Part shown: positions 1-8,760 of the stretch, one piece after another
How positions within the stretch are numbered: the first letter of the stretch is position 1
Layout of the letters: each line of letters begins with the position of its first letter
IMG/VR virus record: IMGVR_UViG_3300020202_000892
Location: 1,667-65,666 of that record
DNA: 64,000 bases
Strand: one strand, 5' to 3'
Origin: a virus
Notes under the pieces: model-generated
The model's database searches: none
The model's input: only the letters and a program-made list of their open reading frames with translations
What the model was told of the DNA's origin: nothing
Program-made: the position numbers and the translations under genes

Positions 1-2
1 GG

Positions 3-692
3 ATGGACCCACAGCAGTGGGACGCCATCGCCGCACCGGATCAGCTGGTGCTACCCAACGAGCCGGTCGTGGCCTTCTTCGACGGCTCGAAGAGCGACGA
101 CTCCACCGGCCTGGTCGGCTGCCGCCTGAGCGACGGGCATGTGTTCGTCATCGACTGCTGGGCGAAGCCAGCCGGCGAACGCGGCAAGAACTGGATCGTG
201 CCGCGCCAGGAGGTCGACGAGGCGGTGTCGGCGATGTTCGACGCCTACAAGGTGCTCGCCTTCTTCGCCGACCCCTCAGACACCCGCGATGACACCGGCG
301 AGCGGTTCTGGGAGCCGTTCGTGGACGACTGGCACCAGCGTTACGGCCCGCAGCTCAAGCTCTGGTCGGTGCAGTCCGGCGACCGGAAGCATTCGATCTC
401 CTGGGACATGCGCTCGCGCGAGCACCTGAACCTCTTCACCGGCGCGGCGGAGCGCTTCGTCGCCGAGGTGGCCGCGCAGCGCTTCAGCCACGACGGCGAC
501 ATGAGGTTGAGGCAGCACGTCAGGAACGCGCGCCGTCGGCCCAACGACTACGGCGTCTCACTCGGCAAGGAACACCGCGAGAGCGCCCGCAAGGTCGACC
601 TGGCGGTGTGCGCGGTCGGCGCGCGGATGCTGCGCCGGCTCTACCAGAACAAGGACACGTCCACGAAGCAGCGAAGCGGGAAGGTGTGGTAG
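3..692 (+). CDS. terL: Terminase large subunit, C-terminal nuclease domain (5' truncated by window)
   Basis: FFDGSKSDDSTGLV and KVDLAVCAVGA RNase H-like terminase nuclease motifs; directly upstream of the portal. Confidence 0.93.
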   Translation: MDPQQWDAIAAPDQLVLPNEPVVAFFDGSKSDDSTGLVGCRLSDGHVFVIDCWAKPAGERGKNWIVPRQEVDEAVSAMFDAYKVLAFFADPSDTRDDTGERFWEPFVDDWHQRYGPQLKLWSVQSGDRKHSISWDMRSREHLNLFTGAAERFVAEVAAQRFSHDGDMRLRQHVRNARRRPNDYGVSLGKEHRESARKVDLAVCAVGARMLRRLYQNKDTSTKQRSGKVW

Positions 693-695
693 ATC

Positions 696-2141
696 GTGCT
701 TTCCCCCCAGCAGGCCGTGAAGCTGGTCAAGGATGAGCTCTACCCCGGCTGGGAGTCCGATCGAGACCGGCTGCGCCGCATCGACTGGTGGTACCGCTGG
801 GAGCAGGAGGACGTCCCGATCCCGCGCATGGCCACCTCCGAGCTCAAGCGCCTTGCGCAGCTGAGTCGGGTGCCGTGGCTGAGCCTGGTGGTCACCTCGT
901 GCGCGCAGGCGATGTACGTCGACGGGTTCCGCTCGGAGCTCGACCGCGACGACACGCGGGCCACCCAGGAGCAGCAGTCCTCCCCGCCGTGGCGGACGTG
1001 GTTGGCCAACGGGATGGACCGCAGGCAGATCGCGCTGCACCGCGCCGCGCTGGCCTACGGCTGGAGCTTCGGCAAGGTGCTGCCCGGCGAGGACCCGGTC
1101 ACCGGCCGGTCGATGTCGGTCATCCGCGGCGTGAGCCCGCGCAAGATGTTCGCCCTGTGGGACGACGTCTCCGAGGACGACTGGCCGCAGTACACGATGC
1201 AGATCATCGAGACGGTGAAGAGCGGCGCCATGCTGGTGCGGGTGCTTGACGACACCGCCGAGCACGAGCTGCGCATCGACACCGGCGGCACCGACATCGA
1301 TTACCTCGGACAGCGCGGCGTGCATGACGCAGGCGTGTGCCCGGTGGTCCGCTTCGCCAACATGCTCGACCTGGAGGGTCGCAGCCCGGGTGAGGTCGAG
1401 CCACACATCCCGCTGGCCGCACGGATCAACAAGACCAGCTACGACCGGCTGCTGACCCAGCACTTCGCCTCCTGGCGCGTTCGCTACGTGACCGGCATGG
1501 CCGAGCCGGACACCGAGGAAGACCAGATCCGCACGAAGCTGAAGCTGCGCCAGGACGACCTGCTGATCGCCGAGGACCCCGACACGAAGTTCGGCACGCT
1601 GGAGGCCTCAGACCTGTCCGGGTTCATCGCCTCGCACCGCAACGACGTCGAGACCCTGGCCGCGGTCAGCCAGACCCCCACGCACGAGCTCACCGGGCAG
1701 ATGGCCAACCTCTCGGCGGAGGCCCTGGCGGCCGCGCGGGCGAGCCTGAACCAGAAGGTCACCGAGCGGCAGAAGAGCTTCGGCGCCAGCCACGCGCAGA
1801 TGTTGCGGCTCGCGGTCGCGCTCGAGGGCGACGAGCAGTACTCGACCGACCCGACCGGACGCGTCACCTGGCAGGACATGGAGATCCGTTCCATGAGCCA
1901 GGCCGCGGACGCGCTCGGCAAGATGGCCGAGATGCTGCACGTGCCGGTCACCGCGCTCTGGGCGCTCATCCCCGGCGTGGAGAAGACGGACGTCGCGGAG
2001 TGGATCAAGCTCGCCGAGGAAGGCGACCCGGTCACGAAGATGGTCGAGCGGATGGAGCGCCAGCGCCGGACCGCCGAGATCCGTGCGCGGCAGGCCGCCA
2101 CCCCGCCACCGGAGCCGGCGCGCGATGGCGTCGACGCCTGA
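696..2141 (+). CDS. Portal protein (SPP1 gp6-like, actinophage type)
   Basis: 481 aa after TerL; PVVRFAN...GEVEP...INKT and TWQDMEIRSMSQAADALGK motifs. Confidence 0.92.
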   Translation: MLSPQQAVKLVKDELYPGWESDRDRLRRIDWWYRWEQEDVPIPRMATSELKRLAQLSRVPWLSLVVTSCAQAMYVDGFRSELDRDDTRATQEQQSSPPWRTWLANGMDRRQIALHRAALAYGWSFGKVLPGEDPVTGRSMSVIRGVSPRKMFALWDDVSEDDWPQYTMQIIETVKSGAMLVRVLDDTAEHELRIDTGGTDIDYLGQRGVHDAGVCPVVRFANMLDLEGRSPGEVEPHIPLAARINKTSYDRLLTQHFASWRVRYVTGMAEPDTEEDQIRTKLKLRQDDLLIAEDPDTKFGTLEASDLSGFIASHRNDVETLAAVSQTPTHELTGQMANLSAEALAAARASLNQKVTERQKSFGASHAQMLRLAVALEGDEQYSTDPTGRVTWQDMEIRSMSQAADALGKMAEMLHVPVTALWALIPGVEKTDVAEWIKLAEEGDPVTKMVERMERQRRTAEIRARQAATPPPEPARDGVDA

Positions 2142-3105
2142 GGGCCGCCGCCTCACCGAGGCGCACCGCCAGGCCCAGATGGACGTGCGGGACGAGTTCC
2201 TCACCGAGTTCCTGGTGCTGTGGGCGCTACTGGACACCGCGCGGCTGGATGAGACCGGACCGGGCTGGATCCAGGCCGTGCTGCGTGCAGTCGTCGCCTA
2301 CCGACTGCTTTCGGCCGAAGTGGCGACGCAGTACTACTGGGACTTCAGGGCCGCGGAAGCGCCGGACTCGGCCACCCGGCCCCGGATCCCGGATCTACGC
2401 GATGTTCCACGTGAAACACCGCCCCGGCCGGCCTCCCCACGGCGGGAGCACGCGGGGAGGCCGGCGCGGGAACCTCGTGACCGACGCCGCGCCGGGCGCG
2501 ACCTCGAGCGGGCGATCGAGCGCTCCGGCATCCGCTGGGACTTCGACGAGAGCGCGCTTGCGCGACCGGCACGCCGGGACGTGCGCATCGAGATCCCCGA
2601 CATCAACTGGACGCGGGAGAACCGCGCCACCGAGGTCTCGCTGAACGTCACCGGCCCGATCGGCCAGAAGTCCAGGATCGGCCGCGGGCGCCCGCCGTCG
2701 CAGGCCCGCGACGAGAGCTTCGTGGAGGCCTCGGGCGCCGCGTCGCGTCACGTACTCACGGGCGGGCGCGGGAGCCTGCTCACGCTGCTCAAGGCCGACT
2801 CACAGGTGCAGCGCTGGATTCGGGTGACCGACGGCGACCCGTGTGCGTTCTGCGCCATGTTGGCCGGCCGCGGTCCGGTGTACCTCACCGAGGATTCGGC
2901 GGGGTTCCGGGCACACGATCACTGCGCCTGCACCGCGGAGCCGGTCTATCACCTGGACGCACCCTGGCCCGGCCGTGCACAGGAATTCCACAGGCTGTGG
3001 AGAGAGCACATCTTCAAGCGCTACTCGGGCAAGAAGGCGATCCGGGAGTGGGAGCGGATCTATCGTCAGCTCCAACGTGAGCAGCGCCAGGTCGAGATCG
3101 CCTAG
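2125..3105 (+). CDS. MuF-like minor head / capsid maturation protein
   Basis: Follows portal; RVTDGDPCAFCAMLAGRG...HDHCACTAEP motif; start placed at the ATG overlapping the portal end. Confidence 0.8.
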   Translation: MASTPEGRRLTEAHRQAQMDVRDEFLTEFLVLWALLDTARLDETGPGWIQAVLRAVVAYRLLSAEVATQYYWDFRAAEAPDSATRPRIPDLRDVPRETPPRPASPRREHAGRPAREPRDRRRAGRDLERAIERSGIRWDFDESALARPARRDVRIEIPDINWTRENRATEVSLNVTGPIGQKSRIGRGRPPSQARDESFVEASGAASRHVLTGGRGSLLTLLKADSQVQRWIRVTDGDPCAFCAMLAGRGPVYLTEDSAGFRAHDHCACTAEPVYHLDAPWPGRAQEFHRLWREHIFKRYSGKKAIREWERIYRQLQREQRQVEIA

Positions 3106-3488
3106 CACCACCGTCGGCGCCGACAGAACCAACCTTCACCATCATCGTCACGTTCGACCGTGTCCTCGACGTCGATCTGCGGCACGTCGGAGGCCGGGCT
3201 GGGCGCGGGGGTCGGCTCGGTGGCCGGCGCGACGGTCGGTCGAGGCGTCCAGCTCTCGATGACCACCGGCCGGGTCGGCGCCGGGACAGCCGTCATCGGA
3301 GGCGCGCTCGCGATCATCACGGTCACCAGCGCGAAGGCCCAGACGAAGACGTGCACGCTCCAGCGGACCGGCCGTTCCAGCGCGCGCAGAGGTCGGCCGG
3401 GAGCCGGGCCGCCGAGCCGCTCGAGCCCGGCCAGCAGTAGGCGGCCAGGTAGCGCGACGACCAGCGCCAGCAGCCGCAGCAGGTTCAC
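3102..3488 (-). CDS. Putative antisense-oriented membrane protein with Pro/Thr-rich tail
   Basis: Fills the gap between two + genes; hydrophobic segments LLRLLALVVALPG and VHVFVWAFALVTVMIA; start uncertain. Confidence 0.45.
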   Translation of the reverse strand: MNLLRLLALVVALPGRLLLAGLERLGGPAPGRPLRALERPVRWSVHVFVWAFALVTVMIASAPPMTAVPAPTRPVVIESWTPRPTVAPATEPTPAPSPASDVPQIDVEDTVERDDDGEGWFCRRRRWC

Positions 3489-3513
3489 ATGTCCAGTGTC
3501 GCAGGAGGCGGCC

Positions 3514-3714
3514 ATGGCCAAGCGCCGTAAGCCGATCCGGATCAAGAAGGCCAACCGGGGCAAGCTCCGCAAGGCCGCCGGGACGAAGAAGGGCCAGAAG
3601 ATTCCGGCGAAGAAGCTGCAGAGCCTGGCCAAGTCCAAGAACCCGACCACGCGCAAGCGCGCCCAGTTCGCCCTGAATGCTCGTAAGTGGAGCAAGGGCG
3701 GCAAGAAGAAGTGA
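3514..3714 (+). CDS. Small highly basic protein (66 aa)
   Basis: GGAGG RBS; MAKRRKPIRIKK...RKRAQFALNARKW; Lys/Arg-rich. Confidence 0.75.
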   Translation: MAKRRKPIRIKKANRGKLRKAAGTKKGQKIPAKKLQSLAKSKNPTTRKRAQFALNARKWSKGGKKK

Positions 3715-3805
3715 CTTCCGCCTGACCAGGGCGGTTGCAGCCCCTCGCCGCAACGGCGTGGGGCTGTTCGCACTGCCCCGCAACGGGGTGATCAAGGAGG
3801 CCGCA

Positions 3806-4393
3806 ATGGCTGACGAGCAGGAGAACGAAGACCTCGGAATCAGCGAGGACGAGGCGAAGCAGCTGCTCAGCCCGCCCGCCGACGAGGAGAACGGCGACCA
3901 GGAGCCGGAGAAGTCCGAAACGGACGACCGGGACTGGAGGGCCGAAGCCGAGAAGTGGAAGAAGCTCTCTCGGCAGAACGAGAAGACCGCGGCCGAGCGC
4001 GCCGCAGCACTGAAGAAGTACGAGGACGCGAAGAAGTCCGAGTCGCAGCGCCTGCAAGAGGAGCGCGACTCGCACCGGACTCGCGCCGAGAAGGCCGAGG
4101 CAGCGCTCAAGCGGCGCGAGATCGCCGAGCAGCTCGCCCCGGCCCACGCCACCGTCAAGCAGATCGCGCAGGTGGCCAAGCGCATCTCCGGCGAGGACGA
4201 CGACGCCCTCGAAGCGGACGCCAAGGAGCTGTTCGAGCTGCTCGCGCCCGCTCCGGATTCGGAGCCGAAGCCGGGCGCCAAGACGTCCACTCGGCCGCAG
4301 CCCCGGCTCAAGGGCGGCACGGCGGAGCCGGATGAAGAGCCGGAGGAGACCGACCCGCGCAAGCTCGCGGCGCTGACCCCTCGGCGTCGCTGA
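3806..4393 (+). CDS. Scaffolding protein
   Basis: AAGGAGG RBS; acidic N-terminus, coiled coil (WRAEAEKWKKLSRQNE); immediately before capsid. Confidence 0.85.
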   Translation: MADEQENEDLGISEDEAKQLLSPPADEENGDQEPEKSETDDRDWRAEAEKWKKLSRQNEKTAAERAAALKKYEDAKKSESQRLQEERDSHRTRAEKAEAALKRREIAEQLAPAHATVKQIAQVAKRISGEDDDALEADAKELFELLAPAPDSEPKPGAKTSTRPQPRLKGGTAEPDEEPEETDPRKLAALTPRRR

Positions 4394-4459
4394 CAGATCA
4401 ACCGCACGGTTCCGCCACGGGCCGACTGCGGGCTCCCCACAACCTCGTAGGAGGTCCCC

Positions 4460-5683
4460 GTGGCTAACGAATTCATCAAGGCGGAGAAGATCGCCGCCCA
4501 GGCGCTGGGCATCCTGGAGCGGGAGATCATCCTCCCGGCCCTGGTGTGGCGCAACGCCGGTGGCAGCTTCCAGGGCGCGGCCGGTGACACGATCACCATC
4601 CGCGTGCCGGCGCGCACCACCGCGCGCACCCGGACGCTGCGCGGTCAGCGGCCGCTGGCCTCCGAGGGCAACGGCATCATCACGATGGACGAGCTGTCGG
4701 AGCACTCCGTCGACGTCACGCTCGACACCGACGTCTACTCGGCCGTGCCGATCACGGACGAGAACCTCACGCTCGACATCTCCGACTTCGGTTCTCAGAT
4801 CGCTGAGCCGCAGATCCGGGCGATCGCCGAGGGTGTGGAGAACGCGGTCGTCGCCGAGATGACCGGCGCCACCTACGCCACCACCATCCAGGTGCCGGCC
4901 GCCGACCCCGACCCGTTCGACTACATCGTCGACGCCAGGGTCGCGCTCAACAAGGCGAACGTCCCGCTGACGGAGCGCTACCTCGTTGCGGGCGCCGACT
5001 TCGAGGGGCTCCTGCTCAAGTCCGACGAGCTGCACCAGGTCGACAAGGCCGGGTCCGACTCCGCGCTGCGCGACGCCACCATCGGCCGCCTGGCCGGGTT
5101 CAGCCAGGTCGTCATCTCCAACGCGCTGCCCAGCGACGTCGCGTTCGCGTTCCACCGGACCGCCTACGTGCTGAGCATGCAGGCGCCCGCTATTCCGGCT
5201 GGCGCGAGCTACGGGGCCAGTCGGTCGTTCGCCGGCCTGGCCATGCGGTGGATCAGGGATTACGACTTCCGCAACGTGCAGGACCGGAGCCTGTTCGACG
5301 TCTACATCGGGACCAACGTGGTCGCGGACGGCCCGGGTGCCGCGGAGGTGCAGACCGTCACGATCACCGGCTCCCCGACCGGTGGTCACTTCAACCTGAC
5401 CTTCAAGGACCGGACCACCGACAACCTGGCGCACAATGCCACTGCCGCCGCCGTGCAGACCGCACTGCGCGCGCTGCCCACCGTGGGGGCGAACGGTGTC
5501 ACGGTTACCGGCTCGGGCGGTGGCCCCTACACCGTGACGTTCAACATCCCGGGTCCGGGCGACGTCCCGCAGATGACCGCCACGCACGCCTTCACTGGCG
5601 GCACCAGCCCGAACGTGGCGGTTGCGACCACCACGCCGGGCACCAACGCGCTGGTGCGTGCGGTCAAGCTCGAGCTCGTCTGA
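4460..5683 (+). CDS. Major capsid protein (HK97 fold, P22 coat-like) with an inserted C-proximal beta domain
   Basis: FQGAAGDTITIRVP, FAFHRTAYVL, RDYDFRNVQDRSLFDVYIG motifs; extra EVQTVTITGSPTGG domain. Confidence 0.92.
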   Translation: MANEFIKAEKIAAQALGILEREIILPALVWRNAGGSFQGAAGDTITIRVPARTTARTRTLRGQRPLASEGNGIITMDELSEHSVDVTLDTDVYSAVPITDENLTLDISDFGSQIAEPQIRAIAEGVENAVVAEMTGATYATTIQVPAADPDPFDYIVDARVALNKANVPLTERYLVAGADFEGLLLKSDELHQVDKAGSDSALRDATIGRLAGFSQVVISNALPSDVAFAFHRTAYVLSMQAPAIPAGASYGASRSFAGLAMRWIRDYDFRNVQDRSLFDVYIGTNVVADGPGAAEVQTVTITGSPTGGHFNLTFKDRTTDNLAHNATAAAVQTALRALPTVGANGVTVTGSGGGPYTVTFNIPGPGDVPQMTATHAFTGGTSPNVAVATTTPGTNALVRAVKLELV

Positions 5684-6141
5684 TGGAGCCGCTCGCGAGC
5701 GTCGCGGATCTTGAGGCCAGGCTGGGACGGACGTTCGAAGGTGCGGAGGTCCCTCGGGCCGTCGCACTGCTCGACGACGCCTCGGCATTGGCTCGCGACG
5801 TCGCGGGCACCACCTGGATCGATCCCGGCACCGGTGCACTGCTGCCGGTGCCGGGATCGGTCAGGTGGGCGGTACTGCGGGCGGCCGAACGCGCTGTTCG
5901 CAACCCGGAGGGCTACTCCGCCGAGTCGGCGGGTGACTACTCCTTCCAGCGCACCGGCGTGCAGCCGGGCGTCTACCTCACCGAGGCCGAGGAGCGTGCG
6001 ATCCGCAAGGCCCGCGGCAAGACCGGGCTCTGGACCCAGCAGATCACGCGCGGTGAGAACTACGACGACACCATCTGGTTCATGGACTCGTTCGGCTCCG
6101 AGTGGATCCCGTACGAGGCCCGTTACGGGGACTGCCCGTGA
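5683..6141 (+). CDS. Head-to-tail adaptor
   Basis: LASVADLEARLG...RAVRNPEGYSAESAGDYS motif; TGATG overlap with capsid. Confidence 0.85.
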   Translation: MEPLASVADLEARLGRTFEGAEVPRAVALLDDASALARDVAGTTWIDPGTGALLPVPGSVRWAVLRAAERAVRNPEGYSAESAGDYSFQRTGVQPGVYLTEAEERAIRKARGKTGLWTQQITRGENYDDTIWFMDSFGSEWIPYEARYGDCP

Positions 6142-6491
6142 GCGTGCTACTGGACTACGGCCCGCACACCGTGAAGATCTGGATCGAGGAGGAGACCACC
6201 GACTCGCGCGGGAACGCTGTCCGCCAGCCTCGCCCGGACTCGCCGGTGACCGTGACCGGCTGCCTGATGCTGCCGATGGCCTCTACCCGGGGCGCGTTTC
6301 CGGCGATCGACGTCCGGCAGGGCCAGCGGGTCGATGCCGCCTGGCGGTTCATGGCTCGTGAGGCCCCGCTGGGTTGGTGGGCACGGCTCGAGTTCGAGGG
6401 CAAGGTCATGACCGTCCTCGGCGGTCCGCTGATCTACGGCGCGTCGGCGGCCACCCGGCACATCTCCTGCACCTTGGTAGAGGAGCGCTGA
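6138..6491 (+). CDS. Head-to-tail stopper
   Basis: Synteny; EETTDSRGN and HISCTL motifs; GTGA overlap. Confidence 0.75.
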   Translation: MSVLLDYGPHTVKIWIEEETTDSRGNAVRQPRPDSPVTVTGCLMLPMASTRGAFPAIDVRQGQRVDAAWRFMAREAPLGWWARLEFEGKVMTVLGGPLIYGASAATRHISCTLVEER

Positions 6492-6492
6492 C

Positions 6493-6783
6493 GTGGCCGA
6501 GATCTACCTGACCGACAGGGAGATGAACTACCTCATCTCCCACATGTCCGGGGTGCGCTCGGTGATCCGGCGAACCGCGTATGCCGGAGCGGCACGGGCC
6601 GAGGCCGTCCTCGCCGCGCACCGGTACCAGGGCCATGCCCGGATCACGGTCACGAGCGGCGACGTGGACTACTTCGTCAATCTCGACGACACCCGCGGCC
6701 AGAGTGCCGCTGCGGCCATCGAGTACGGCCGCCGCCGCGGTGGAGTGACTTCCGGCATCCACGCCCTGCGGAGCGCCTTCTGA
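6493..6783 (+). CDS. Head-tail/neck protein (DUF5403-like)
   Basis: Synteny; DYFVNLDD...AAAIEYG motif. Confidence 0.7.
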   Translation: MAEIYLTDREMNYLISHMSGVRSVIRRTAYAGAARAEAVLAAHRYQGHARITVTSGDVDYFVNLDDTRGQSAAAAIEYGRRRGGVTSGIHALRSAF

Positions 6784-7214
6784 TGCCCCGCTTCAGCGTG
6801 GACTACCTCGACGTCCTGCTCGAGCTGCTGCGCCTGGATCTGACGTTCCCCGACGTCACGGTGATGTCCCGGATCCCCGACCACATCACCGAGTACCTGC
6901 CGCTCGTCGTGATCCGCCGCGTCGGCGGGAGCTCTGACTACCCGGACTTCTTCGACGTCCCCTGGATCAACGTGCAGTGCTGGTGCGACGGACAGGGCCC
7001 CTCGGGTGACCCGTTCCGCGATGCCGGCGACCTCGCCGACGACGTGCGCCGGGTGCTCTGGGAGGCCTGGAAGAACCAGCGGGTCGTGCCAGCCCTCGGC
7101 TGGATCGGCTGGATCCGCGAGTCCTCCGCGCCGCAGGAGGTCTCCGACGTCGACCGGCCCTTCCTCGGTCGCTACGCGGCCACCTACGAGCTGCGGGTCC
7201 GACCCGCCGCTTGA
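6783..7214 (+). CDS. Tail terminator
   Basis: Synteny; LPLVVIRRVGG...INVQCW motif. Confidence 0.8.
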   Translation: MPRFSVDYLDVLLELLRLDLTFPDVTVMSRIPDHITEYLPLVVIRRVGGSSDYPDFFDVPWINVQCWCDGQGPSGDPFRDAGDLADDVRRVLWEAWKNQRVVPALGWIGWIRESSAPQEVSDVDRPFLGRYAATYELRVRPAA

Positions 7215-7272
7215 GTCCCGCACGACCTGCCACGGGTCGCCTGCGGTCGTTCCCCACACCTAGGAGGTATCC

Positions 7273-7818
7273 GTGGCACTGATCGACTCTGCCGTGCTCA
7301 TCCCGGGCACCGGGCGGCTCTACACCGCCCCGTCCGAGACTGCGATCCCGGCCAACCTCACCGCGCCCCCCGCACCCTGGGAAGACCTCGGCCACACCAG
7401 CCGGGAGGACGGTCTCACGATCACCCGTGATGGCGGGGACAGTGAGACCGTCGGAACCTGGCAGAACCCGGTGCTCCGCGAGCGGCGCGAGCCGACCACG
7501 TTCGCCATCACCGCGTTCCTGCACCAGGTCACCAACGAAGTGCTCGAGATGTTCTTCGGCCCGGGAGACGTGGACACGGCCGACCGATTCGGTGTCACGT
7601 CCTCGACGGCGACCATCGAGCGCGCGCTCTACGTCAGGATCATCGACGGCACCAACGAAGTCGGCTTGTACGTGCCGAAGGTCTCGATCTCCTCGGACGA
7701 CGACATCGAGGTCGACGTCGAGAACTTCCTGGCCTTCCCCGTGCGGATGACCGTCCTGCAGGTGACCGGCTCCAACCTGATGGAGTGGATCGGCCCCGAG
7801 CTGGGCCTCGCCCCGTGA
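7273..7818 (+). CDS. Major tail protein
   Basis: AGGAGG RBS; WEDLGHTSREDGLTITRDGGD motif. Confidence 0.88.
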   Translation: MALIDSAVLIPGTGRLYTAPSETAIPANLTAPPAPWEDLGHTSREDGLTITRDGGDSETVGTWQNPVLRERREPTTFAITAFLHQVTNEVLEMFFGPGDVDTADRFGVTSSTATIERALYVRIIDGTNEVGLYVPKVSISSDDDIEVDVENFLAFPVRMTVLQVTGSNLMEWIGPELGLAP

Positions 7819-7820
7819 TC

Positions 7821-7873
7821 GATCGGCGGGCGGCCTACCCCCGAACCGGGCCGCCCGCCGATCTTCTCTTGTT
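7821..7873 (+). terminator. Intrinsic terminator after major tail gene
   Basis: 15-bp stem GATCGGCGGGCGGCC / GGCCGCCCGCCGATC followed by TTCTCTTGTT. Confidence 0.75.
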
Positions 7874-7900
7874 CTGGTTCGGGGAGAGGTTCGGGAGAAC

Positions 7901-8377
7901 ATGACTACTCGCACCACCAAGGGGCCGGTGAAGGCGCCCAGCAAGACCGCCGAGGTCCTGTCCATCGTCGACCAGCTCGGCGAGGACGCCGAGCAGCTGG
8001 AGACGCCCACCGAGTACCCGCCCGGCACGCCGGAGTTCAAGGTGATGCTGGCCATCCGGCCCCGCACCCGCCGCGCCGAGTTCAAGCGGCTGCTCGCCGA
8101 GATCACCGAGCGCAGCGGCGTTGCCCGCGAGCAACAGAAGCAGATGGCCCAGCTCAAGGACCGGCCGGACGACGAGCGCGGTGCCGCGCTGTTCCGGCTC
8201 TCCGCCGCTCTGGACGAGGTGCTCGAGGTCGTCGAGTCCGCGTTGCGTCTGGTCGCGGTGGACGTCGAGAAGTTCGACGCCTGGGCGGCCGATGTCGCCG
8301 ACGAAGACCTGCAGATCACCTGGGCCGTCTACCAGACCCGGTCTCAGCCGGGGGAAGCGCCCAGCTCGACGAGCTGA
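7901..8377 (+). CDS. Tail assembly chaperone (short form)
   Basis: Between major tail and tape measure; ends QPGEAPSSTS just after a slippery site. Confidence 0.88.
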   Translation: MTTRTTKGPVKAPSKTAEVLSIVDQLGEDAEQLETPTEYPPGTPEFKVMLAIRPRTRRAEFKRLLAEITERSGVAREQQKQMAQLKDRPDDERGAALFRLSAALDEVLEVVESALRLVAVDVEKFDAWAADVADEDLQITWAVYQTRSQPGEAPSSTS

Positions 8378-8739
8378 TCGAGGAGCACGGGCGGGCGATC
8401 TTGTTCGATCTCCAGGAACGCGGAGTTGATCTCCGTGACCTGTGGCGGCCGAACAGCGGGGTCACGCCTCGTTACGTGCTCTGGCTCGTCGGGCAGCTTC
8501 CCCAGTCCTCCGCCTTCGCCGCCTCGCTGCGCGGCGGGTCGGAGTTCCGGCCGTGGACGGTCGAGGCGCACGTCCTGGCGTTGATCGCCAACCTGCTGCA
8601 GGCGGCGAACCGGCAGCGCGCCGGCAAGCGCAGTAGCCAACCCATCGTCAAGCCGCCGAAGTCGCAGCAACAGCAGAAGCCGCGCGTGCTGCCGGTCGCC
8701 GAGATCATGCGTCGCCAGGCGCACGGAAGCACAACTTGA
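7901..8739 (+). CDS. Tail assembly chaperone, frameshifted long form
   Basis: Fusion through the -1 slip at about 8355; C-terminal part DLQERGVDLRDLW...LVGQLPQSSAF. Confidence 0.82.
8349..8356 (+). promoter_or_regulatory. -1 programmed frameshift site CGGGGGAA
   Basis: L5-type slippery sequence; the -1 frame is open (GGSAQLDELIEEHG...) into the 8401..8739 ORF. Confidence 0.85.
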
Positions 8740-8760
8740 TCACTAGCCGGGAGGTGACGC

